From an uncultured Chloroflexia bacterium (GTDB lineage: Bacteria > Chloroflexota > Limnocylindria > Limnocylindrales > CSP1-4): 64,000 nucleotides of DNA. This document shows, piece after piece, positions 46,287 to 56,094 of this stretch. A program made the position numbers and the translations under genes. The DNA is taken from NCBI GenBank assembly GCA_963772565.1, contig CAVYXU010000076.1:84799-148798 (forward strand). The letters run 5' to 3'. The notes below the pieces were generated by a model. That model did no database searches. It saw nothing but the letters and a program-made list of their open reading frames with translations, and had not been told where the DNA came from. Within the stretch, counting starts at the first letter, position 1; each line of letters begins with the position of its first letter.

Positions 46287-47405
46287 TCACGCGTCGCCTC
46301 CGGCGTCGCCCGCATACCCGGCCGCGGTCGATCCGCCCTTGCCGCGGAGCCCGTGGCGCAGGCGCTCCACGCGGACCCGCGCGCGCTGCGCAACCGCGAA
46401 GGTGCGTCGCCCGAGCGGATCGAGCACCAGGTCCCAAGCGCCGATGTACCCGATCTCGCGTCCCCCGAACCCGGTCTTGAAATGGGCGATCCCGGCGTGG
46501 GCGAGACCCCACAGGTCGTAGCTTGTGGCGCCCTGCGCCTTCGAGCTCCGGATGGCCTCCCACTTGAGCAGGTAGTTCGCGCGGCTGTCCGCCCCGGCGC
46601 CGGTCATGCCGCCGTACGGCTCGACGACCCGGGCGCCGGCGCGGACAAGGAACAGCGTTGCCACGGGCGTGCCGTCCGGGAGCTCCGCGAACAGCAGCCG
46701 CGCCCGGCCGTGCGGCCCGTAGGCGTCCCACACGTCGCGGTAGGCGGACGCGGCGCGGATCAGGAACCCGGCCCGGTCCGCCGTCTCGCGGTAGATCCGG
46801 TAGAACTCGTCGAGGCGCTCGGGACCCGCGTCGACGACCCGCACCCCGCCGGTCCGGGCCTTGTTCACGTACTGGCGCCACTTCTTCCTCAGGTCGGACC
46901 ACAGGGCGTCCTCGTCCGCGGTCAGGTCGATTGCCCGCGACGACACCGGCTGGACGGGAGCTGCCGCTCGCCAGCCGGCCGCGCGAAGGGCGTCGACCAC
47001 GGCGCCGCCCTCATCCGGGCCGGTGCCGCTTTCGATCTCGGGGTCGATCCGCAGGTGGCTCACGCGCCCCCCGGCTCGCAGGCGATCGCGGGCGAGCGCC
47101 GTCAGCCGCTCCACCGAGGTCCGATCCCAGGAGTCGAGCACGGGACCACGGGGCGCATATGCGAACGCCCAGGGGAGCGGTCCGGGTCGCCGGAGCAGGA
47201 CCTGTGCACCGAGCCGCGGCTCCGCGGCATCGAACAGCCGGGTGGCCGTCCATCCGTTCACGGCCTTGACCTTCGCCCAGCCCGCGAGCTGGAGATAGGA
47301 GCCTCGGGGGTTCGCCTCGACAATGGCATCCCAGGCGGCCGTTTCGATGTCGGCGGCCGCCCCGGCCGGGGCGTGGCGACCGGGGCCCGTGGAGCTGGCC
47401 ATCAT
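46287..47405 (-). CDS. FemAB family peptidoglycan bridge-formation transferase, paralog 2
   Basis: MMASS...GSYLQLAGWAKVKAVNGW...AYAPRGPV...LRIDPEIE...VQPVSSRAIDL...LWSDLRKKWRQYVNKARTGGVRVV...FYRIYRETADRAGF...SRANYLLKWEAIRSSKAQGATSYDLWG...GIAHFKTGFGG. The start overlaps the murJ stop. Confidence 0.8.
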   Translation of the reverse strand: MMASSTGPGRHAPAGAAADIETAAWDAIVEANPRGSYLQLAGWAKVKAVNGWTATRLFDAAEPRLGAQVLLRRPGPLPWAFAYAPRGPVLDSWDRTSVERLTALARDRLRAGGRVSHLRIDPEIESGTGPDEGGAVVDALRAAGWRAAAPVQPVSSRAIDLTADEDALWSDLRKKWRQYVNKARTGGVRVVDAGPERLDEFYRIYRETADRAGFLIRAASAYRDVWDAYGPHGRARLLFAELPDGTPVATLFLVRAGARVVEPYGGMTGAGADSRANYLLKWEAIRSSKAQGATSYDLWGLAHAGIAHFKTGFGGREIGYIGAWDLVLDPLGRRTFAVAQRARVRVERLRHGLRGKGGSTAAGYAGDAGGDA

Positions 47406-49039
47406 GCGCGGCCCCGGCGGCGGATGAGGTCGACCACGACAGCGACGATAGTCCGCGGCTCCTCGATCCGCAACGCGAGGGACCCGGCGAGGACGACGGC
47501 TCCTCCGGCCGCGACCGCGAGCGAAGTGCGCACGAGGACCAGCAGAAACCCGGGATCCGTGCCCCATGCAGCGCGCAGCCACTGCTCGATGGCGAAGGCA
47601 ACGGCAGCGCCCGCGAGCGACGCGGCGAGCGTCCTGGCCATGACCCAGCCGACCCGGGACAGGCCCAGTCCCGGGACGCGACGGCTGAGCAGGACGAACA
47701 GCGTCAGCGTCTCGAGCCACGCGGCGACCGCGATCGCCAGGGCCAGGCCCTGCAGACCGAGGGGGCCCACGAGCACGTTGGCCGCCAGGATATTGACCAC
47801 CACCGCCACCAGAGCCGCCAGGACTGGTGTCCGGGTGTCCTGGAGCGCGTAGAAGGCCCGGGCGAGCACCGCGATCAGCGAGTGGGCCGTCAGCCCCACC
47901 AGGAACATCGCCAGCGTCATCCCGGTCGACACGATCGCGTCCTCGCCGATGTGGGCGAACCCGAACAGCAGCCGGACGACGTCCTCGGACACCACGATGC
48001 CCAGCGCGGCAAGCCCGATCATCACGTAGCCGAGCACGGTGAGACCGCGGACTAACAGCCGCCTGAACGCCTCGGTGCCGCCGGTCGCCGCCTCGCGCGC
48101 GAGCGACGGCAGCAGCACGACGCCGAGCGGGACTCCGATGACGCCGATCGGGATCTGGAGCAACGAGAACGCGAAGTTGAACACCGCCAGCGCGTTGCCC
48201 GGGAGCGTGGTGGCGAGGCTGGTCATGACCAGGAACACGATCTGGGTCGCTCCCAGTCCGATCGCCCGGGGCGCCATGAGCACCAGGGCGAGCCGTGCCT
48301 GGGGATCCCCGAGGTCGATCCGCGGCCGGATCCTTGCGCCCAGCCGGACGAGCGCCGGCACCTGGACGAGGAGGTGGCCGGCGGCGCCGGCGACCACGCC
48401 GTACGCCAGGCCCGGGATCCCGAACACGGGCACCAGGAGGACGGCGCCGAGGATGATCGCGAGGTTGTAGACGAGGGGCGCCATGCCCGACGCCGCGAAG
48501 CGCCCGCGCGAATTGAGCACGCTGGTCGCCACCGAGCCGGCCGCGAGGAACAGCGGCGACAGCACCATGATCCGCGTGAGGTCGGTGGTCTGGGCGAGCT
48601 GCTGCGCGTTGAAGCCGGGTGCGATGATCGCGACCAGCTGCGGGGCGAAGACGAGGACGATGGCGGCCAGGACCAGCAGCGCCGAGAGCATGAGGGTCGT
48701 GACCGTGGACACGACCCTCCATGCCCGCGCCTCCTCGTCGGTCGCGAACAGGGCGGTGATGACCGGGATCAGTGCCGACGACAGCGCGCCGGCTGCGACC
48801 AGCTGGAACAGGAAGTCCGGGATGCGGAAGGCGGCGAAGAACGGCCCCAGCTGATCAACCGGGACCGCGGCCGCAATCGCGACGGTACGGACGTACCCCA
48901 GGATCCGTGAGACGAGGAACAGGCCCGTGACGATCAGCCCGGCCCGCGCGAGCGCCCGGGTGGTCGGCGAGCCGGCGCGACGTGCCGCGACCGCGACCGC
49001 TTCCTCGCTCCCGACCAGGTCGTCGGCCAGCTCGTCCAT
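47402..49039 (-). CDS. murJ: lipid II flippase MurJ (MviN)
   Basis: 545 aa, about 14 TM, SRILGYVRTVAIAAAV, FFAAFRIPDFLFQLVAAGALSSALIPV, ALFYALQDTRTP-like (RAFYALQDTRTPVL). Confidence 0.9.
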   Translation of the reverse strand: MDELADDLVGSEEAVAVAARRAGSPTTRALARAGLIVTGLFLVSRILGYVRTVAIAAAVPVDQLGPFFAAFRIPDFLFQLVAAGALSSALIPVITALFATDEEARAWRVVSTVTTLMLSALLVLAAIVLVFAPQLVAIIAPGFNAQQLAQTTDLTRIMVLSPLFLAAGSVATSVLNSRGRFAASGMAPLVYNLAIILGAVLLVPVFGIPGLAYGVVAGAAGHLLVQVPALVRLGARIRPRIDLGDPQARLALVLMAPRAIGLGATQIVFLVMTSLATTLPGNALAVFNFAFSLLQIPIGVIGVPLGVVLLPSLAREAATGGTEAFRRLLVRGLTVLGYVMIGLAALGIVVSEDVVRLLFGFAHIGEDAIVSTGMTLAMFLVGLTAHSLIAVLARAFYALQDTRTPVLAALVAVVVNILAANVLVGPLGLQGLALAIAVAAWLETLTLFVLLSRRVPGLGLSRVGWVMARTLAASLAGAAVAFAIEQWLRAAWGTDPGFLLVLVRTSLAVAAGGAVVLAGSLALRIEEPRTIVAVVVDLIRRRGRA

Positions 49040-50028
49040 CAGCTCGTGCGCGCTCGCGGGTGGGCCATCCGGTATGCGTCGCGCAGCCGCGACGGCGACA
49101 CGTGCGTGTAGATCTGGGTGGTCGCCAGGCTCTCGTGGCCCAGCAGCTCCTGGACCACCCGCAGGTCGGCGCCACCTTCGAGCAGATGCGTTGCGAAGCT
49201 GTGGCGAAGGGTGTGCGGCGTGATCCCGTCCGGCAGCCCGGCGAGACGGCGCAGGCGATCAAGCCGTCCTCGCAGGCCGCGGACCCCGAGCCGCTCGCCA
49301 TGGTGGTTGAGGAACACCGCCGTGGCCGGAACCGCGGCCGGGTCGGCGGACTGTTGCGTCGCGAGGACGGTCAGGCGCGCCGCGAGGACCGGGCGTCCCG
49401 TGTCGAGGTACGCGGCGAGCGCCTCCCGCGCCGGCCGGCCGAGGAGCCCGATCCGCTCCTTGCGCCCCTTGCCGAGCACCCGCAGCTCGCCCCGCCGCAG
49501 GTCGAGATTGCCCAGGTCGGCCGCCGCCAGCTCGCTGATCCGCAGGCCGGCGGCGTAGGCCGTCTCGACCAGCGCGAGATCGCGGAGGGCGAGCGCCCGG
49601 AGCAGTTCGGAATCCCGGGGACCGTGGGCCACCGTGGCGTCGGCAGCGTCCAGGTCGGCGTCAACCACGGCGATCAGCCGCTCCACCTGCTCGACCTCGA
49701 GCACCTTGGGCAGCCGGCGCGGCAGGCGCGGCGTCGAGATGGCGCCCCACGGGTCGCCCGGCGCGATCCCGGCCCTCGCGGCGTACCGGTGGAAGGCACG
49801 GAGCGCTGCCATGCGCTGGGCAACCGTGCTCTTCGCATGCCCGTCGGTGAGCTGGGTGAGATACGCACGGAGCACCGCCCGCGACGGCGCGCGCCAGTCC
49901 TCGCCTCGCGCCTCGAGCCACTCCAGATATGCCTTGATCGAGGTCTCGTACGAGCGATGGGTGTTGGGCGACGTGTCGCGCGCGTCCATCGAGCGCAGGA
50001 ACCGCCGGAGCGCCTCGCTGCCCGTCAC
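49039..50028 (-). CDS. xerC: site-specific tyrosine recombinase XerC (GTG 50028 preferred start)
   Basis: [87 protein letters not shown]. It lies near dprA/comM as in actinobacterial genomes. Confidence 0.85.
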   Translation of the reverse strand: MTGSEALRRFLRSMDARDTSPNTHRSYETSIKAYLEWLEARGEDWRAPSRAVLRAYLTQLTDGHAKSTVAQRMAALRAFHRYAARAGIAPGDPWGAISTPRLPRRLPKVLEVEQVERLIAVVDADLDAADATVAHGPRDSELLRALALRDLALVETAYAAGLRISELAAADLGNLDLRRGELRVLGKGRKERIGLLGRPAREALAAYLDTGRPVLAARLTVLATQQSADPAAVPATAVFLNHHGERLGVRGLRGRLDRLRRLAGLPDGITPHTLRHSFATHLLEGGADLRVVQELLGHESLATTQIYTHVSPSRLRDAYRMAHPRARTS

Positions 50029-50044
50029 GTGGCCGCTCCCCGGC

Positions 50045-52463
50045 TCAATCCCGGGTTCGCCGAGCTCCGGCCCCCGAGCGAGAGGAGGAGGACGAGGAGG
50101 ACGTCCCGCGGGCGCCGCCCCGCGCACCACCGCGGCGCACGCCACCCCTGGCTGGCCGCTGGAGCGCGGCGGGATCGGGCGGACCACCCGGCAGCCGCAG
50201 ACCGACCAGCGGCCCGTCGGGGAGCGGAACCGTCGCGCCGCAGGTCAGGCATAGCCCCGCGTCGTCCTTGCGGGCCAATCGCCCCCTTGCCGTCGTCGTG
50301 CGCATCATGGATGGCCCCCGTGGGCTCGAAGTTGGTGGTGAAGTCGCATCGAGGGTACTTGGAGCATCCCCAGAAGACGTTGCCGGTTCGTCGCGCGCGA
50401 CGGGCGACGAGCGGGCCGTCGCCGTTCTTGGGGCAGATGACCTCGAACGGCAGCGGATCCGGCGGCGGCGGGCCATCGCGCCGGATGTAGTTGCACTCCG
50501 GATATCGGGAGCAGCCGACGAATGCGCCGAATCGCCCGCGCTTGGTGGTGAGGGTCCCCTCGCCACACTGCGGACATGCTTCCCCGTCGCCCTCGAGGAC
50601 CGGCGCCTCGTCGCCGGGCAACGGCCGGGTCTCCTTGTGGTCCGGATAGGTCGAGCAGGCCAGGAACTTCCCGTTGCGTCCCAGCCGGATCACCATCGGA
50701 TGGCCCTCGGAGCAGACCTCGTCGCTGGCCTCGGTGGTGACGTCGCTTCGCTTGACCGTCTTGCGGACCTCGTCCACGCGGTCCCTGAGCGGTCCGAAGA
50801 ACGCGCGCAGCAGCGGGACCCATTCCCGCTGGCCGCCGGCGACCTCGTCGAGCTCCTCCTCCATGCGGGCGGTAAACGCGAGGTCCACATACAGGCCGAA
50901 ATGCTCGACCAGGAAGTCGGTGACGATCTCGCCGATCTCCTCGGGCCGCAGGCGCCGCTCCTCCACCCGCACATAACCACGATCGAGGATGGTCGAGATC
51001 GTGGCGGCGTACGTGGACGGTCGCCCGATCCCATGCTCCTCCAGCGCCTTGATCAGGGTGGCCTCGGTGAAGCGCGGCGGCGGCTCGGTGAAGTGCTGGG
51101 TCGGGGTCACTGTCTCGACGGCGGTCGCGTCGCCGACCGCAAGCGGCGGCAGCGTGCGCTCGGCCTCTTCCGACGCGTCGTCCTGTCCCTCGGTGTAGAC
51201 CCGCGCGAACCCGTCGAACAGGGTGCGCGTCGCCGATGCGCGCAGCCGGTAGCTGCCGGCCGAGAGCTCCGCCGTGGTGGTCTCGAGGGCCTTGGGCGCC
51301 ATCTGGGAGGCGATCGCTCGCTGCCAGATCAGGCGATACAGCCGGTGCTCCTCGGGCTTGAGGTGTCCGCTCATCGACTCCGGATCCCGCAGGAACGAGG
51401 TGGGGCGGATCGACTCGTGCGCCTCCTGGGCACCCTTCTGCTTCGTCTTGTACACCCGCCCCTTGCCGGTGCCGTAGCGCTCGCCGAACCGGTCCAGGAT
51501 TACCTGCTGCGCCTCGGCCATCGCGACCGTGGCGATCGCCGTCGAATCCGTTCGCATGTACGTGATCAGGCCGACGTGCCCGTCGGGCGTATCCGCGCCC
51601 TCGTAGAGACGCTGCGCGATCGACATCGTGCGCTTGGGGCTGAACCCGAGCTTGCGGCTCGCCTCCTGCTGGAGCGTACTGGTCGTGAACGGCGGAGCCG
51701 GGTTGCGCTTCGACGGCCGCGTGGCCACCGACTCCACCACCGGTCGCTGGTCGCGCAGGGCGGCCGCGTGGGCCGCCGCCGTCTCACCGTCGCCGACGTC
51801 GACGGCCTTGCCATCGATCCGGACCACGTCCGCGGTGAACCCGTCGCCGGCCGCCGTGCGCAGCAGCGCCTCCAGCGTCCAGTACTCGCGGGCCGTGAAT
51901 GCGCGAATCTCGCGCTCCCGCTCGACCACGAGCCGGACCGCCACCGACTGGACCCGCCCCGCCGACAGGCCGCCGCGGACCTTGCGCGACAACAGCGGGC
52001 TCAGCGTGTACCCGACCAGGCGGTCGACGATCCGGCGCGTCTGCTGGGCATCGACGAGGTCGTGGTCGATCCCGCGCGGGCTGGCGAAGGCCTCCCGGAT
52101 CGCGCTCTCGGTGATCTCGCTGAAGGTGACCCGATGGGTCTTGCTCTCCGGGACGTGCGCCGCCTCGGCCACGTGCCAGGCGATCGCCTCGCCCTCGCGG
52201 TCGAGGTCCGTGGCCAGCCAGACGTCCGTCGCGCTACGCGCTGCCTTCTCGATCGCGGAAACCTGCTTGCGGCGGTCCTCGGTGATCTCGTACTCGGGCG
52301 CGAAGTCGTGGTCCACGTCGACCCCGAACTTCCCCTTGCCGGGGTTCTCGGGCAGGTCCCGGACGTGGCCGTACGACGCGAGGACCTGGTAGTCATCGCC
52401 GAGGTAGCGCTCGATCGTCCGCGCCTTGGCGGGCGACTCCACGATCACGAGGTGCTTGGGCAT
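50045..52463 (-). CDS. topA: DNA topoisomerase I, interrupted by one apparent 1-nt insertion in a G5 run (50282-50286)
   Basis: [22 protein letters not shown] (Toprim), [10 protein letters not shown], catalytic YMRTDS, several Zn-ribbon-like repeats (C.QCGEG...GC.RYP.C). After ...HDAHDDGKG the listed frame turns to junk. The adjacent frame reads [23 protein letters not shown]...GGPPDP...RGG/Ser-rich tail to the stop at 50045. Confidence 0.9.
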
Positions 52464-52517
52464 GGCGGCCGGGAGTGTAGCACCGGGCCAATTACGCCCC
52501 GGTTACCGGGCCAAGCC

Positions 52518-52922
52518 TCAGATGTCGCGGATGCGCTGCAGGAACTCCTCGTCGATCTCGAGCTCGCTGTCGTCGTCCGCGCCGTCGCCGGAACCGGCGG
52601 CAACCGGCACGGGCAGGCGCTGGTCGTCGGGAAGCAGCTCGATCGGCACCTGGGCCGCATCGTCGGGATCGCCGTCATCCTCGCCCGCGACCGGGCTGGG
52701 TCCCCGCCCTTCGACGGCGCCAACGGGGATCTCGATGAACCGGATCACGTGGTACGGGAAGAAGAACGTCGCCTCGGTTCGATCGATGAACACGGGCTGC
52801 TTGCCGTCCGTGGTGCGGACGTTCGTGCACAGCAGCCCGGCGTCGCTCGCGGTGGGCAGGTCGAACAGGTCGGCGAGCAGCGGCTGCTCGTTGTTCACGT
52901 GGATGCGGACGCTGCGGATCAC
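52518..52922 (-). CDS. hypothetical protein with a compact N-terminal beta-rich domain and strongly acidic C-terminal tail
   Basis: 134 aa, GTG start, high GC3. VRIHVNNEQPLLADLFDLPTASDAGLLCTNVRTTDGKQPVFIDR..FFFPYHVIRFIEI, then ...GEDDGDPDD...GDGADDDSELEIDEEFLQRIRDI. No family recognised. Confidence 0.5.
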   Translation of the reverse strand: MIRSVRIHVNNEQPLLADLFDLPTASDAGLLCTNVRTTDGKQPVFIDRTEATFFFPYHVIRFIEIPVGAVEGRGPSPVAGEDDGDPDDAAQVPIELLPDDQRLPVPVAAGSGDGADDDSELEIDEEFLQRIRDI

Positions 52923-52994
52923 GAAACCATCGTCGCGCGCGCGGTGCGTTTCGTCACCCGTCCGATGGTCCCCCCAGACCGGAAGGACCGATGG

Positions 52995-54620
52995 TCAGGG
53001 GTGGTAGAAGTCCACCACCAGGCGGACCCGGCCGCTGGACACCCACACGCCGATGCCGGCGCGGTCGTAGGCGGCGTTCATCAGGTTCACGTAGTGCCCG
53101 CCGTTGTAGGACTTCTCGCTCTGGAAGTAGAGGTGCGACCCAAGCACCGCGGAGTACGGGTTGCCCGAGCGGCAGCCGAGGTTCTCCCCCCAGTGGTAGC
53201 TCGTGTACCCCGCCTTCTTCAGCCGATCGCCCGGCGTGCCGCCGATGAAGTGGTCGCACAGGCCGCGCGTCGCGAGCAGCTTCGCGTACGGCCGCGACAC
53301 CTTGGAGCTGATCCCCGCGTCAAGCTTGAGCGCCGCGACGTTGCGCCCGCCGGGCGACGAACAGGAACCCGTCGAGGTCACCCAGCCGCCGGTGCGGGTG
53401 CAGTTCATGAGCTTGAGGTAATAGCTCTCGACGGCAGTCCAGCTGCCGCTGACCGCACCGCTGCCGCCCGACTTGGAGATCGGCGTCGTGGTCACCACGG
53501 GCTTGGGCGTGGGCTTGGGCTTGGGCTTTGCCTTGACCACGAACTGCCCGGTGACGGCGTGGTCGATCGGAACGCCCGCCTGGGACGTGGCGCGCAGGTC
53601 CACGGTCATGTTGACCTTGGACGAGTACGCGAGGTCCGAGCTCGGAGCGAACACCAGCACGGTGTCCGACTCCGCCCACGTGATCTTGCCGGCGACTTCC
53701 TTGTCGCCCACGGTGACATGGAAGGCGGCGGCGGTCGTCGCTCGATCCATCCGCTGGGTGAAGCGAACCGAGATGCCCGCGCTGCGCTCGACGTCCTTGG
53801 TGCCGTCGCGGGGTCGGAAGCGCACCACGCCCGGAGCGGCCGCGGTGGTCACCTCGACGCTGGGCGTCGATCCGAAGGCGATCCCGTCGGCGTCGCGGAG
53901 ATCCTCGAGCCAGATCCGATAGGTCGTATCCGGGGCCAAGGGTCCATACGGCGTGAGGACGAGCTCGCCGGGAGTGTTCGTCGCGGTGACATCGCCGTGG
54001 ATGACGGGCTCGCTGCGCAGGGCGGCCCGGACCTCGTCCATCGAGACGTCCCGATCGAACGTCAGGGTGAAGGCCGTGTCCAGGCGGGCGAGATCGCCGG
54101 TCGGGCGCGTCGCTTCGATGGTGGCGGTTCCCGCCGCGGCCGTGAGGACGAGCGCCCGCACCTGTGCCTTGAGCGCACCGCCCGCGGATGCCCGCGCCAG
54201 CTCGTCAACCGTGACCGAGTACAGGGTGTCAGGCTGCCAGTGGTCCAGCGGCGTGATCGTAAGCGTCATGCCGGCGTCGTCCCAGCTCAGGGTCACGGCC
54301 GCATCGGGTTGGATGCGCAGCGCGGCTGCAACGGACGCGGCATCCATCGGCGCGGAGAACTGGACGACGAACGGGGTCTCGAGGCCGTGGCCTGTCCGGA
54401 CCGACTCCATCAGCGAAGCGGCCACCGGGGCCGGCTTGCCCGACGCCGGGATTGCCGCGGTGGGCGCCGGCGGCAGGCTCACGACCACGACCAGCCCGAC
54501 GACCGCAGCGGCCGCGATTCCGGCGCCGATCCGACCCACCCCGCCACGCCGCACGAGCGACGCGAGATAGATCACCGCGAGCACCGGGATCCCGAGCACG
54601 AGCGCGCCGAGCTTCCGCAA
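52995..54620 (-). CDS. membrane-anchored or secreted protein with repeated SbsA-Ig/Big_5-like domains and a C-terminal CAP/SCP (PR-1-like) domain
   Basis: TTG start at 54620 with GGAGGA 7 nt upstream. N-terminal TM or signal-anchor LGALVLGIPVLAVIYLASL. Three repeats of the ...F..PMD..SV..A..I.P.....WSW../..L...P...L.PDT.Y.V. type, then a KPKPKPTPKP linker. The C-terminus has LMN..R, YSSYHWGENLG, GHY.N.MN..Y...GIGV. Confidence 0.7.
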   Translation of the reverse strand: MRKLGALVLGIPVLAVIYLASLVRRGGVGRIGAGIAAAAVVGLVVVVSLPPAPTAAIPASGKPAPVAASLMESVRTGHGLETPFVVQFSAPMDAASVAAALRIQPDAAVTLSWDDAGMTLTITPLDHWQPDTLYSVTVDELARASAGGALKAQVRALVLTAAAGTATIEATRPTGDLARLDTAFTLTFDRDVSMDEVRAALRSEPVIHGDVTATNTPGELVLTPYGPLAPDTTYRIWLEDLRDADGIAFGSTPSVEVTTAAAPGVVRFRPRDGTKDVERSAGISVRFTQRMDRATTAAAFHVTVGDKEVAGKITWAESDTVLVFAPSSDLAYSSKVNMTVDLRATSQAGVPIDHAVTGQFVVKAKPKPKPTPKPVVTTTPISKSGGSGAVSGSWTAVESYYLKLMNCTRTGGWVTSTGSCSSPGGRNVAALKLDAGISSKVSRPYAKLLATRGLCDHFIGGTPGDRLKKAGYTSYHWGENLGCRSGNPYSAVLGSHLYFQSEKSYNGGHYVNLMNAAYDRAGIGVWVSSGRVRLVVDFYHP

Positions 54621-54759
54621 TAGATAGTCCTCCAGTCGCCACCGCACCGCCAGCCGGGGATCGCAGCTGCGACACCCGGTGGGCGATGTTGACGCGGACC
54701 CGGGTGATCTGGGTCGCCCGGAGGGTAGCATCGAGCCAGCGAGCCCGCCAACCGTCCCG

Positions 54760-56094
54760 TCACGCCGCACGGTTCTTGGGCACTCCGCGCCGTGCCCTGG
54801 CGGTCCCGCCTCCCCCACCCGCCGCCAGCTGGCCCGCCGCCCGGTAGCGGCCGAATGCCTCGATCACCAGGCCACGGAGCTCCAGTGACGTCAACGCCCC
54901 CAGGACCGCTGCACCCGGGCTCCCGGTCGCGGCCACCAGCTCGTCGACCGAGGCGCTGCCAGCGGCGAGCGCGGCGGCCAGCGCTCGTTCCGTCGATCCG
55001 AGCGCGGCCAGCAGCGCGTCGAGCGTGAGCTGACGTGTCACGGTGCCCGCCACGCCATGCGCATCGGCGGGCGGGTCCAGCAGCCCGAGATCCTCGATGA
55101 GCTCAGCGACGCCCGCGACGATCCGGGCCTCCGGCGCAGCCTCGCGCAGGAATGCCAGGCACCCGGCGACGGTCGGGTCGCCGACCCGGCCCGGCACGAG
55201 GTGCAACCCCCGACCCTGCTCGAGCGCCCATGCGGCCGTCGTCAGCGCCCCGCTCCGTGACCCGGCCTCCACCACGACCGTCGCATCTGCCAGGCCGCTG
55301 ATGAGCCGGTTGCGCCGCGGGAAGGTGCCCCGGCTCGGCACCACGTCCGGGGCGAACTCGCTCACGATGGCACCGCCACCATCGACGATCGATGCCGCGA
55401 GGCCGCGATGCGCAGCCGGATACAGCCGTGAGTGGCCCCCGCCGATCACCGCCACCGTGGGGCGATGCGCCCGGACGGTGGCCGCGTGCGCCGCGGCGTC
55501 GATTCCGACGGCCAGCCCCGAGACCACGGTGGCACCGAGGCCCGACACCGCATCCGCGATCTGCCCGGCCAGCGACCTGCCGGCCTCGGTCGGCCGCCGC
55601 GTGCCCACGACCGCGACCGCGCGCTCGCGATCCAGCGCGGACACATCGCCCCGGACGAACAGCACCGGCGGCGGCAGGTCGATGCGGCGCAGCCGGACCG
55701 GAAACGCCTCGTCCGCGAGGGTGATCACGGTGACGCCCGACGCCCGCACCACCGCGAGGATCCGGTCCATGTCCGCCGCCGCGGCAACGATGCCCCGGGC
55801 GGCCTCGGCCGTGAGCGTCGGCGAACCACCGTCGGGGCCGCAGGACGCCGCGACCAGCCGCGGAACCGCCCCCCGCGTCCGCGCGTCGCGGAACACCTCG
55901 TCGACGCTCCCGAATGCCCCCACGAGGCGTTCGAACGAGACCGGCCCGACGCCGTGGACACCCGCGAGCACGACCCACGCATCGCGCTCCGTGCCGTCGA
56001 TCCTGGCTCCGCCGATGCCCGGATGTTCCGCTGCCGGCCCGCTGACGCCGGGAGCCATGTCACCCAGCGGACCGCCGCGCCCGATGCCGAGCAT
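54760..56094 (-). CDS. dprA: DNA-processing protein DprA
   Basis: VAVVGTRRPT..G......IA..L...G..VVSGLA.GIDAAAH.A........TVAVIG.G....YP..H..L...I...GAIVSEF.P......G.FP.RNR.ISGL...VVVVEA..RSGAL.TA. The start overlaps the comM stop by 1 nt. Confidence 0.9.
   Translation of the reverse strand: MLGIGRGGPLGDMAPGVSGPAAEHPGIGGARIDGTERDAWVVLAGVHGVGPVSFERLVGAFGSVDEVFRDARTRGAVPRLVAASCGPDGGSPTLTAEAARGIVAAAADMDRILAVVRASGVTVITLADEAFPVRLRRIDLPPPVLFVRGDVSALDRERAVAVVGTRRPTEAGRSLAGQIADAVSGLGATVVSGLAVGIDAAAHAATVRAHRPTVAVIGGGHSRLYPAAHRGLAASIVDGGGAIVSEFAPDVVPSRGTFPRRNRLISGLADATVVVEAGSRSGALTTAAWALEQGRGLHLVPGRVGDPTVAGCLAFLREAAPEARIVAGVAELIEDLGLLDPPADAHGVAGTVTRQLTLDALLAALGSTERALAAALAAGSASVDELVAATGSPGAAVLGALTSLELRGLVIEAFGRYRAAGQLAAGGGGGTARARRGVPKNRAA

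Noticed and set aside
50268-54623. 1451-aa plus-strand ORF
   Set aside because: It is antisense to topA, the acidic small protein and the CAP-domain gene. It has the same junk composition.
54621-54759. Riboswitch (for example the c-di-AMP/ydaO class) in the roughly 100-nt leader of the CAP-domain gene
   Set aside because: There are some GC hairpins, but I cannot verify any conserved riboswitch core by eye. It is too short for ydaO. A covariance-model scan would be needed.
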